Assembly (NCBI RefSeq): GCF_040938485.1
Contig: NW_027272677.1
Span: forward strand, 186,001 to 250,000
From: Diadema antillarum
Taxonomy: Eukaryota
Length of the DNA stretch: 64,000 bases
Direction: 5' to 3'
The notes beneath the pieces were generated by a model. It was not told the origin of the DNA. It did no database searches and saw nothing but the letters and a program-made list of their open reading frames with translations. A program made the position numbers and the translations under genes. Positions within the stretch are counted from its first letter, which is position 1; each line of letters opens with the position of its first letter. Of this stretch, positions 43,201-49,053 are shown in pieces.

Positions 43201-44352
43201 CATTCTCAAATCATCACAAAAGCCTCAATGATAAATGAACAGACATTGTAAGATGATGACATGGTAGTTTTAGTGGCTATGCAGGAGTGAGAGGAATTAA
43301 AAAAAAAAAGTGAACGACTCAGATTTCCCGATTCTTCAAGGTAACAGGTAATAGAGACAATTGTTGCTTTGGGACTTGTCGTGTGATTCGGAAGAAAGTT
43401 ATGTTCACAGTGATTTAATCGTAAACGTCCTTTGATTTCTGCACTGACAGATAAAACAAGTGTTGAAAATATGCTCGAAAAGCAAACAAACAAATAAACA
43501 AACAAACAAACATACAAACAGAAAACTGACAAGAAATTCTTCACATGGAGCAAGTCAAAAATGACAAGGTCAGCAAAAATCATAGAAAAACAACAGCACC
43601 AGTAATATCTGGACTGCTGTGATAATCAGACTTCAAGTGACAAATAAAGTTACTTCGGCACGTGGTTTTCGTTTCTCACCAAGCGTTTCGTTGATACGTC
43701 GTAAGACGTAAGACGTAATTTTCCAAAGGTTGTTTCTTGCGTGAAGAAAACTTCATCCTCCTTTGTATTCACTATTTTTGATACACATTCTAAGTCAGCT
43801 CGAGTCAACTTTGCTCACTCAAAATTGATAGCATTCAAATTAATTTCGTCGAAACAGGTGTAGGCCTAGATGTTGATACCCCCCCCCCCGTTAGACATAT
43901 AATATATCAAATTTTCTATACCAATTCTGCGTGACTCACAAGATACACACAACAGACACGATCTATGTTCACATAAACTCACATATAGACGCAAGTTTTT
44001 CAAAGTACAGTAGCTCCACACATTCACCAGCTCAAATTGATATTTGGGAACATGATTCGATTAAACTATCTCGATGCAGCAGTCACGCCTAACCGTTTTT
44101 ACACCCAGACCGACCCGCACCTCATCGAGCGAAGAACGGGGTGAGAACTCCCGTGGAGTATGGTGCAGAATTTCACCAGGCATTATAGTGGTCCTATATA
44201 CTAACTCGACAGAACTGAAGAGCATGGTGTTGAAACGAATCCTCCTTACCTCCTCCCGCGATCTGATGCAGATGACAAGTTAGCAGGATCAACATAAAGA
44301 TGATGTGAAGGAGAAACGTGCTCCCCCATCTTGCTCCTAGCCGTGATTCCAT
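6273..44352 (-). CDS. Whole gene model (19 coding exons): type I membrane protein SP-(HYR)9-PAN-(HYR)2-SEA-EGF-TM-long cytoplasmic tail, ~1,700-1,740 aa
   Basis: Exons were read manually on the minus strand and join in frame: 44250-44352, 34619-34861, 32199-32435, 26615-26860, 25702-25935, 24896-25144, 23231-23464, 21839-22087, 21355-21588, 16289-16528, 15381-15620, 14707-14952, 13761-14015, 13154-13266, 11086->11252 (start in N gap), 10150-10315, 9348-9403, 8449-8566, 6273-7731. Visible coding sum is 5,089 nt. All visible junctions are GT-AG with matching phases. Confidence 0.85.
8449..8566 (-). CDS. Transmembrane exon
   Basis: EPQLVATIVGIVWAAILLLLLLLCLPVLFRRCCCRDDFDE: a hydrophobic span of over 20 residues followed by a basic stop-transfer. 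tgacag|AG ... GA|gtaag; 118 nt, phase 1-2. Confidence 0.88.
9348..9403 (-). CDS. Micro-exon completing the EGF domain (absent from ORF track)
   Basis: (L)CSEYAYFGDRCEKTDFVN supplies the C5 and Y/F-x-G-x-R-C6 motif. atgcag|A ... G|gtaat; 56 nt, phase 2-1, exactly bridging the neighbouring exons. Confidence 0.85.
10150..10315 (-). CDS. EGF-like exon (partial EGF plus first part of a full EGF)
   Basis: DLCFTLPCPEAMNCTVRDLNCISTCADNPTYCLNGASCFKPASSNLISCL. atttag|GC ... CT|gtgag; 166 nt, phase 1-2. Confidence 0.85.
10534..10719. mobile_element. Tc1/pogo-like MITE
   Basis: TA|CAGTGGACTCCCGTTATAACG ... CGTTATGACAGGAATACACTG|TA, with repeated CGTTATAAC motifs. Confidence 0.75.
11086..11252 (-). CDS. 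SEA domain C-terminal exon (5' part hidden in assembly gap)
   Basis: SVADGGGVSVLTSIGFSQPVEPEERRSEIRSLLISLESEGLGGTEVEDVFIVNEE; phase-1 donor G|gtgag. A T-rich tract lies just beyond the gap at 11388-11420. Confidence 0.65.
11253..11387. other. Assembly gap (135 N)
   Basis: Run of N in the sequence; it interrupts the SEA coding exon. Confidence 1.
12815..12959. mobile_element. Short GGCGGATCCAG-type MITE
   Basis: Imperfect TIR caatggcggagtcagg / cctggatctgcccctg; related copies at 13516-13666 and a fragment at ~27500-27555. Confidence 0.5.
13154..13266 (-). CDS. SEA domain N-terminal exon (not the frame shown in the ORF track)
   Basis: Phase-1 reading gives ESNRFEIEFLLPNFAFSSSLLDPYSVQFQGFSHIWQTQ, matching the SEA start F-x-F-x-L...F...L-x-D-P-x-S-x2-F. 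cctcag|AG ... CAG|gtata; 113 nt, phase 1-0. Confidence 0.75.
13516..13666. mobile_element. Short GGCGGATCCAG-type MITE
   Basis: TIR gggcggatccagg / cctggatccgcga; shares tttcttttgttttaacaaaaa with the ~27500 fragment. Confidence 0.55.
13761..14015 (-). CDS. HYR domain exon 11
   Basis: DVEPPVFTYCPD...VSWRAPQATDNTG...PGSLFPLGDTEVQYTAMDEAGNTVSCIFTVSV. acttag|AT ... G|gtaat; 255 nt. Confidence 0.9.
14707..14952 (-). CDS. HYR domain exon 10
   Basis: DNIPPVIMDCPLD...ITWFAPRAIDD...FELGTTEVMYTAHDESFNYATCSFSVTI. attcag|AC ... G|gtaaa; 246 nt. Confidence 0.9.
15030..15160 (+). repeat. Fragment homologous to the MITE at 48440-49053
   Basis: gaaagatcggtctgtatct...tgttccgcggagact.cgtctggcttca.gga.tcccggagga...tcctccgg.cagacggat is shared with 48460-48590. 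Confidence 0.7.
15381..15620 (-). CDS. PAN/apple domain exon (4-Cys type)
   Basis: FTRIEGQSLIG...TVEGCLDSC...FICRSVDI...GECRLS...AVYFER fits the PAN C-x3-C...C...C pattern. acacag|GT ... G|gtagg; 240 nt, phase 1-1. Confidence 0.85.
16013..16050 (+). repeat. (TTG)n microsatellite
   Basis: Visible tract; source of the polyQ ORF 15906..16094. Confidence 0.9.
16289..16528 (-). CDS. HYR domain exon 9 (canonical)
   Basis: DVEEPVIICPTD...VVWSSPFATDN...SGDEFLSGDTTVTYTANDTAGNNATCDFII. catcag|AT ... G|gtgag; 240 nt. Confidence 0.9.
16895..17251. mobile_element. Kolobok-type MITE
   Basis: TTAA|AGAGGATGGCTAGTAAC... and ...GTTACTAGCCATCCCCT|TTAA. Near-perfect TIR of ~75 bp, purine (RR) termini and a TTAA TSD. 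Confidence 0.8.
17581..20860 (-). mobile_element. L2-clade (CR1 group) LINE, 5'-truncated, intronic, same orientation as host gene
   Basis: Intact ORF2, a 3' UTR ending in a GCGCTT...AAGCGC stem-loop, and an (ATT)n tail at ~17581-17600. No ORF1 and no clear TSD seen. Confidence 0.9.
17800..20727 (-). CDS. LINE ORF2: apurinic-like endonuclease + reverse transcriptase (975 aa, uninterrupted)
   Basis: APE motifs WNARS, ITESW, IYRPP, GDFNIH, TLDL, SDH. RT motifs YRPIANL, QSAYR, LDYSAAFD, GVPQGS, YADD. L2-type C-terminus LDYCNSLL...LHWLPV...WNKLP. Confidence 0.95.
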   Translation of the reverse strand: MCVLLQDYFRIPRSQSLCDASSGSQFGLWNARSLTNKVDAVSTLIIDNDIDVLVITESWLSGDQRDEPTLAELKLSLPNFNIINHPRKTSRGGGICVLYRSAARCVVNDTHKFMSFELLDFTIHLTSSSTVRVHCIYRPPHSSRHTFTSNDFLDEFLTLLESAAVDAHPTILLGDFNIHVDDSADSFAQSFLNAVEAFGFHQHVKGATHQAGHTLDLVFSRKSEDIISHITVLPSLPSDHSAILSAINLKGPPNPRRKVSFRKLRNIDTNSFRQDIKQALLTSQCTSCPTEAISMYNDMLSNLLDKHAPVKTVTVTIRPNAPWFSDEIREARRRRRRAERRMLKSGMQTDMDLYRQECELYYSLITDAKSQYLRKEIANADSKRLFNFVKKLSTPSDSSIYPEHSSDSELAHRFSIFFMKKIDDIVSSFVSDVNHLELSVQAPENSLNCNLSEFNPVTDEQLRRLIMLSPPKSCSLDPLPTWLLKECLDELLPVLKNIINTSLSSGIVPIPFKTSLVSPLLKKPNLDPDVLRNYRPIANLPFVSKLLERIVSTQLMSYVDSNHLLPTNQSAYRNLHSTETALLKVLNDLLLAVDKGNEAALLLLDYSAAFDTLDHTLLLQRLSNDYSITGTAIQWIKSYLQDRTQRVIINGTWSCPSPISCGVPQGSVAGPLLFLLYTGPLTRIINCHHGVNYAMYADDTQIYITMSPGDRIAAVNSLRECLNDIKAWSTANRLRLNEDKSELIHFSSQFRSTVPLPDLTTRDGIIKVSDCVRDLGFTLDKHLTLKHHITNICKSASWGIFKIGKIRRLLDQSSAERLVHAFVSSYLDYCNSLLAGLPLSHISPLQRIQNSAARLVSLSRRHDHISPVLRSLHWLPVHSRITFKILLLTYKITRNLAPIYLQNLVSLRSSSSARPLRSSSSLQLLHGPRTKTRYGDRAFSSIAPTLWNKLPLYIQNASSVESFKILLKTHLFNQL
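20884..21039. mobile_element. Small TIR element (GGGTGTTTCAT-type MITE) abutting the LINE 5' end
   Basis: ctgggggtgtttcatcaacgtttgtcagcgctgacaac / gttgtcagcgctggcaaacgatgaaacaccccag; internal sequence similar to 56449-56648. Confidence 0.7.
21355..21588 (-). CDS. HYR domain exon 8 (type B)
   Basis: GAYTGCPD...AYWTPPTV...PGAPLDIGTTIVTY...DICSFNVTV. atgcag|TG ... G|gtaac; 234 nt. Confidence 0.88.
21839..22087 (-). CDS. HYR domain exon 7 (type A, 4 Cys)
   Basis: DIESPTFTFCP...RVLSNSAC...WTIPVAEDNFG...PGTDLLPCGTTPVVYTATDSYNNTDFCEFNVTI. tgccag|AT ... G|gtaag; 249 nt. Confidence 0.9.
22843..23135. mobile_element. MITE-like element built from GGTTCGTTATTCCGAA motifs, inverted between its halves
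   Basis: ttcgttaatccga/ttattccgaa in the left half and ttcggaataacgaac in the right half. Its right end resembles that of 57830-58485. Confidence 0.55.
23231..23464 (-). CDS. HYR domain exon 6 (type B)
   Basis: ISYENCPM...ATWTPPTI...SHSPGQSFTIGMTTVTY...DVCSFVVIV. cgacag|TC ... G|gtaac; 234 nt. Confidence 0.88.
24180..24431 (-). mobile_element. tRNA-derived SINE with CORE-like segment and (CA)n-rich tail
   Basis: Minus strand: A box TGGTCCAGTGG, B box GGTTCGAGTCC, then tgtgctccttggcaaagcact (similar to the CORE-SINE motif). Confidence 0.65.
24896..25144 (-). CDS. HYR domain exon 5 (type A, 4 Cys)
   Basis: DVEDPIFLTCP...RVLSQSSC...WEIPLAQDNSG...PGVTRFECGRTLVTYTAADSAGNKAFCSFNVTI. ttgtag|AT ... 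G|gtacat; 249 nt. Confidence 0.9.
25702..25935 (-). CDS. HYR domain exon 4 (type B, WTPPT)
   Basis: DGAYENCPSD...PGTFSAVVSWTPPTV...SHNPGEMFFIGETNVTY...DVCHFTVTV. gaacag|AC ... G|gtacat; 234 nt. Confidence 0.88.
26615..26860 (-). CDS. HYR domain exon 3 (type A, 4 Cys)
   Basis: DVEPPMYTFCP...RVLFSDEC...WQTPTATDNAG...PGSRFDC...VTYTAVDASKNMATCSFDVTI. ccacag|AT ... G|gtagg; 246 nt. Confidence 0.9.
27322..27360 (+). repeat. (CT)n microsatellite
   Basis: Visible tract. Confidence 0.9.
27680..27825 (+). repeat. Degenerate (AATC)n tract
   Basis: Repeated atcaatcaatca with interruptions. Confidence 0.75.
29282..29457. mobile_element. Near-perfect foldback MITE (~60-bp arms)
   Basis: tgtttcataaagctgttcgtaaagttacgaacaacttacgagcgactggtgatcagttct versus its reverse complement at ~29390-29449, with about one mismatch. 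Confidence 0.8.
31154..31200 (+). repeat. (CA)n microsatellite
   Basis: Visible tract. Confidence 0.92.
32199..32435 (-). CDS. HYR domain exon 2 (divergent, lacks the DN motif)
   Basis: PSIYGCPD...PGQGSALVNWIEP...PGLRLPVGQITVTY...TCRFLIVV. catcag|CG ... G|gtaag; 237 nt, phase 1-1. Confidence 0.88.
34619..34861 (-). CDS. HYR domain exon 1 (canonical)
   Basis: DTENPEFNFCPQD...VTWTEPTASDNSG...PGSTFGLGNTIVRYTATNSAGKSATCEFTVTV. cattag|AT ... G|gtaag; 243 nt, phase 1-1. Confidence 0.9.
35532..36045 (+). mobile_element. tRNA-derived SINE with Deu-domain-like core
   Basis: A box TAGCTCAGTCGG and B box-like GGTTGGATACC. Core gtccgtcggataggacataaaatggaggtccc...gtaaaagattcc...aagagcagggtgt...cccggtg...gtcctg. 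(GAT/CAT)n tail. Confidence 0.7.
36180..36690. mobile_element. GC-rich MITE-like element dense in GGAGAC/GTCTCC/GTCGC motifs
   Basis: High density of short repeated motifs in both orientations; termini are degenerate. Confidence 0.45.
37930..38320. mobile_element. Degenerate foldback element with CACGAG/CTCGTG motifs
   Basis: Left half has cacgagtcata-type repeats and right half has tatgactcgtg-type repeats in inverted orientation. Confidence 0.4.
44250..44352 (-). CDS. Exon 1: start codon and signal peptide (MESRLGARWGSTFLLHIIFMLILLTCHLHQIAGG)
   Basis: ATG in good context (gtaATGG). Basic n-region, hydrophobic core FLLHIIFMLILL and small residues at the end. Phase-1 donor G|gtaagg matches the phase-1 acceptor of the first HYR exon. 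Linkage across the 9.4-kb intron is inferred. Confidence 0.75.
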
Positions 44353-44850
44353 TACTGAGGTCACATACCATGTGTGTTTGTGGCATAGAACCGTATCGGC
44401 TGTTCTCGCCACCTCCAAAATGACTCGTGAATTCACGAAACATTATATCTGCTCTTTGAAGGGTTCCGATCCAGTGCACAGGTGTGACGCACTGTACCGT
44501 GTCATGTATAATGATGAACTGTTGTGGGTGTTAGTGCTTCTCTCCCTCCATCCCTCCCCTCTACCCCCCCCCCTCCATTATTATAGTATACTTAGTAATG
44601 TAGTTGGATATCTCTGAATTGAATTGAACAGGTTTTATTAAGAAAAAAAAATTAAAAGAAAAGGAAAAAGGTAAGAAGTATGCTGTCAAACATGGCAACA
44701 CACTGCTCGAAGCTAAAAAGAAAAAAAGATATAGCGTTACTATTACAACTATAATTCAACTTCATCAGTAAGGGTACCAGCCCAATCCATTCTAGGGTTG
44801 TTTTATCTCTGAATGCAGTGTACGCGCTACAACCCTGAAAATTCCTTTGA

Positions 44851-45194
44851 AAGGATATAGTATAGTTTTGGTCGAGATGGGGATTCAGGTTTTAAATTAG
44901 AAACCGGTTATATGAAATAATAAAGAGCATATAATTCAAGAGGAATTAAAAGTTTATTTGATGAAAATCGGTTTTGAAATGTTCGAAATATCGCCAAGGA
45001 AATTGAAGCTAATAAAAACCATTTTGTATTTGTTTTGTTTTGTTTTTGGACGTCTCAGCCATTTCAAAACCGATTTTCATCAATAAAATATGTTCAATTT
45101 CTTTTAGAACTGAAATACTTCATTTAAGTGGCATCTAATTATCTAAAAAAAAAAAAATCTGAATCCCCATCTTAACAAAAACTACACCATCCCT
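44851..45194. mobile_element. Kolobok-type MITE
   Basis: ttga|aaggatatagtatagttttggtcgagatggggattc versus gaatccccatcttaacaaaaactacaccatccct|ttaa. Confidence 0.65.
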
Positions 45195-45471
45195 TTAATG
45201 CTCTGCAGATGAAGCCACTATTGACAAAGCTGTGACGCCACTAAAAAGACGAGAAAACATAATCGACTTCTCATCCTTTTCGGGTCCAAGTGGGAGATAG
45301 GAGGCGAGATCCGAGAGATCTTGTCCTCTCGACTTCTCCGTGCCTGAGATAGCCCCAATCTTGACACGTCAGTCAAACGATATCATACCAGGTAAGTCAG
45401 GTACAATAACACAAAGTACGTGCCTTTCAGATGGAAAATATTATGGATACAAGGTCAAGAAAGACTACCAA

Positions 45472-46166
45472 AGCGGCCTTCCCACATACAGGTAGAATAC
45501 GGCGGATGCGGGGCGGAACGTAATTTGGCGGATTGCTGGCGGATGCGACGGGAAAAATGCAGTGCACGGGTGAGTCGCCGGGTGTGCAGGATGTGCGCCA
45601 ACTGCCCGGCGGCTGTCAGGCGGGTGATACGCCGAATTCGGTGCAGACGAGCAGGGGTTAGGCCCGGCTGTGACGGTCGATCCGTCGGGTTGTACGGATC
45701 AGTCGGCGGATACAAGGAGTAAAACAGTAGGGATGCCTCTAGGGACTCGTCGGCAAGGACAGCTAATATGGCGACTGTCCGGCGACTGTCCGTCGACTGT
45801 CCGCCGACTATCCGTGACGCATCCCTGCACACCCGGCATGGAGCTGTGGTGGATCCGACGACTTCACACGCCACGTGTCTGCCACGGCTGTTCACGTATG
45901 TGCCGGATTAGCCGCCGGGTGTAGGCGTATGTCCGTCGGCTGTGCTACGGGTGTGTCTCACCGGGAGCAGAGTCCCGGATATTTCGGATATTTCAAACAT
46001 GTTTGAAATTTTCGCGGCGTGGCCACCGCTTCGCCGTATCCGCCACGGCTACTAGGGATGCCCAGGGGTGTACTGGGGATCCTCAGGGATGTTTCCCGGA
46101 TGAGCAGGGATGGGCATCCGCCGTCGATATATACGCCGTACTATACCTGTATGTGGGAAGGGGGCT
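45472..46166. mobile_element. GC-rich Harbinger-like MITE
   Basis: TIR agcggccttcccacatacaggtagaatacggcg / cgccgtactatacctgtatgtgggaagggggct; CGGC-rich interior; TSD not preserved. Confidence 0.7.
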
Positions 46167-47247
46167 CTAGACCATTGACTGATTTGGAATGATTTCATCT
46201 CACATGGTGAGAATTACCTCCAGTACATCAATGTGTATATGGCAGTCTTTGTAATGTATTTTGCATTGTCTGTGAAGCGCTGATCGCTACATGTACGTGG
46301 ATGCATTGTGACAGGCTGTCCAACGCTTGATGATAAAACTGTTATGTGTTAATAAAGACGTATTGTGAAATATCATGCAGATAGATCTTATGAATACTAG
46401 TTTGTAGATACGTATGACAGGATTAGCTTCGGAGGAAGTTATAAATTAGGGCCTACGTACAATAATTGATAAAATCCAAGAGCCAAAAGCTCTGAAGTGT
46501 TCTCTCTTTCGTGATTTCATGTTTCTTTCATGTATAAATTATGATTTTGAATACTCTATGCATGATAACGTTATCTTACATGATTAGTCTTTACATCTTC
46601 TCAATTAATGAAATACATGTAGTAGTCCTACGTACTATGTAAGGCATTAAATTGTCTCATAAATATTTTCTCTACAAGCGTGGGGGACGCAGCTGCATGC
46701 TTCTGCTGGCCGCTTCCTGCATGCGTATACAGCTGCAATGATCATCGCGAGGAATATGCGAACATAATTATTACGTGTATTCATAATTATCATGATCCAA
46801 GAACGAATGCATCCTCATGACAGTGTTTGAATACATTCTCATGTCGTGATAGAGCGTAATTTTGCTCGGCCATTTTTATTTCTATTTTTCGTTCTTTTAT
46901 CTACCTTTTGTTTTAATGTCACATCGTCAAAGGAAACGAAACTATTTCGATCAGTTTTAATTTCTATCTCACCAACAGTACTCAATCTCTGAACAGATCA
47001 AACGAGATAATAGGATAATATATTGCCGACATATAACAGCTTCTTCTCCTAAGTCTATCAAAATATTTTCATATTGTACACTGTTATAGTCCTGAAGTAT
47101 AGATGGATGAATGTTCGCTGTTGAGAAACTTTTTATTGTGTTCTTTATAAAAAAAAAATCAACTGAATTGAATAATGTTTAATTCATTTGCTAACATCGC
47201 CAGCAACGGCATTGATAATGGCTGGAATGCTTATTTTGATGCTGTAA

Positions 47248-47285
<38 letters not shown>

Positions 47286-48439
47286 TGTGTTTTTTTTTTA
47301 TTTTGATTGTAATCACTCCAGCAAATGCATAACGTCTCCAGACATTTCATGTCCGGTAAGACATTTTGTCTATACGTCTGGAAAAAAGATATACAATTTC
47401 GTGGCTTGCGAAACCTTACAACTGCGGAGTATCGACACAACTGCCCTCGACTCCTGGACCAGCTTGCCTTGGTTAACACGAAATCCTTCAGTGGTAGTAA
47501 TCCAACATTGTGAAGAATACAATAGGCCCTACTTATATATTCATAAAAAATATTTATACGCTCCCATCATCAACAGACTTTCGAGACTTCTAATCTTTTA
47601 ATTTCTGGAGTGAGCAGTTGAAAATCTATAGTGAGCTTCTCGAAGTGAACGTGGCTGTATTCAGAAGTTTTCTACTGCATGGCCCTCTATTGTTTGATCT
47701 GCACAATGAGTGCCACTACATTACCCCAGCGTTTTAGTACCAGCATTGTCTTCTATTCTTGCGCGCAGCCTCAGTGGCCGTACAACATGTAGGCAACATG
47801 GTGTTTGTTTGTTTGCTTGTTTGTTTTTTATTTTGTACGGCTCGGTAAAAAGCGCCACTAAAAAAAAAAAGGAAAAAAAAGAGGGATGGAAAAAGTAACA
47901 ACACAAAGAATTTTTTATATATTGTGTTTACCTGACTGACTTGCGAAAAGCATGAAGGCACACACACTTCAAAGAGCTTTATCCGCGCTCTTTGATGTAT
48001 GGTGTCACCAAATTATTTTGATAATCGTTTTTCTATCTATCTATTTAGAACTTATAACAGTCATTCGTTCCTGTGGGTACGGAAAAAGAGAAACAAGAAC
48101 ACAAAAAAAAAAGACAAACAGACTAAGTTCACATGTATAGTATGCTACTTTTCTCCAAACACTGAGTAAAAAGATTTTGTAAATGCGGCTCCAACTTCAC
48201 GCGGACTAAACTCAAGTGTTAAAAAAAAAGAATGAAAAGAAGCATAAAGAAAAAAGCAATCTTTTTCACAAACAGCCTATACTATAGACGAGTTATGTCT
48301 TTCATCCCCCGCCCCTCCCGAACAAACATTGCAAACGGTGCAAACATTGTTAGCTCAGAGTACTTTTTAGTTGTACTGGTTCCCTCTTTTATAACTCTCT
48401 TGGCATTCATAGTAAATAAACTTGTACACTAAATTCGTA

Positions 48440-49053
48440 ATGCTGCGTTTACAGTTGACCGAAAGATCGGTCTGTATCTGTCCGTCGGGGAATGTTCCGC
48501 GGAGACTGCGTCTGGCTTCACGGATCCCGGAGGACAGCGTTAATGGCAAAATATAGAAGAGTCCTCCGGACAGACGGATCTTTCTGTCTACGTTTACAGC
48601 TGCATGTTCCCGGCTATAGATACCACGACAATCACGTTCCATAAGTCCACCGTGGACAAAACGGGATAGACGTGAGACAACGCGGGGGACGGGATGGGCA
48701 AACGTGGCTGTGTCAGAGTTTTAAACTGTCAAAAATTGCCACGGCAGTCCCGGTGCTAATGAGATATCTTGTAGACCGTTATAAAACGGGGTGAACGCAA
48801 CAAAAGGCCGTAACAAAACTTGGAGGCGTGTCCGTACTGAGACGCGACGGAAAATATTGTGTATTCTAACCTAACTAGACGTTGTGAGAACGGCGTCTGA
48901 TAGTTACGTGTTCATCGGAGCGATGACTGGAATGAACAAGACTAGAATGTGCCGGGGAAAAACAGGAGACTATCTCGTCTACCCACGGCGCACTATACGT
49001 TTCGGGCAAACGGGGCTGCCGTGACCGCCGGGAACTTGGTGTAAACGTAGCAT
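48440..49053. mobile_element. TIR-bounded MITE (ATGCTGCGTTTACA termini)
   Basis: TA|ATGCTGCGTTTACA ... TGTAAACGTAGCAT|TA. A diverged internal fragment also occurs at ~15030-15160. Confidence 0.7.

Noticed and set aside
45420-45924. Arg-rich ORFs of 84-146 aa
   Set aside because: They fall within a GC-rich TIR-bounded MITE, where stop codons are rare by composition.
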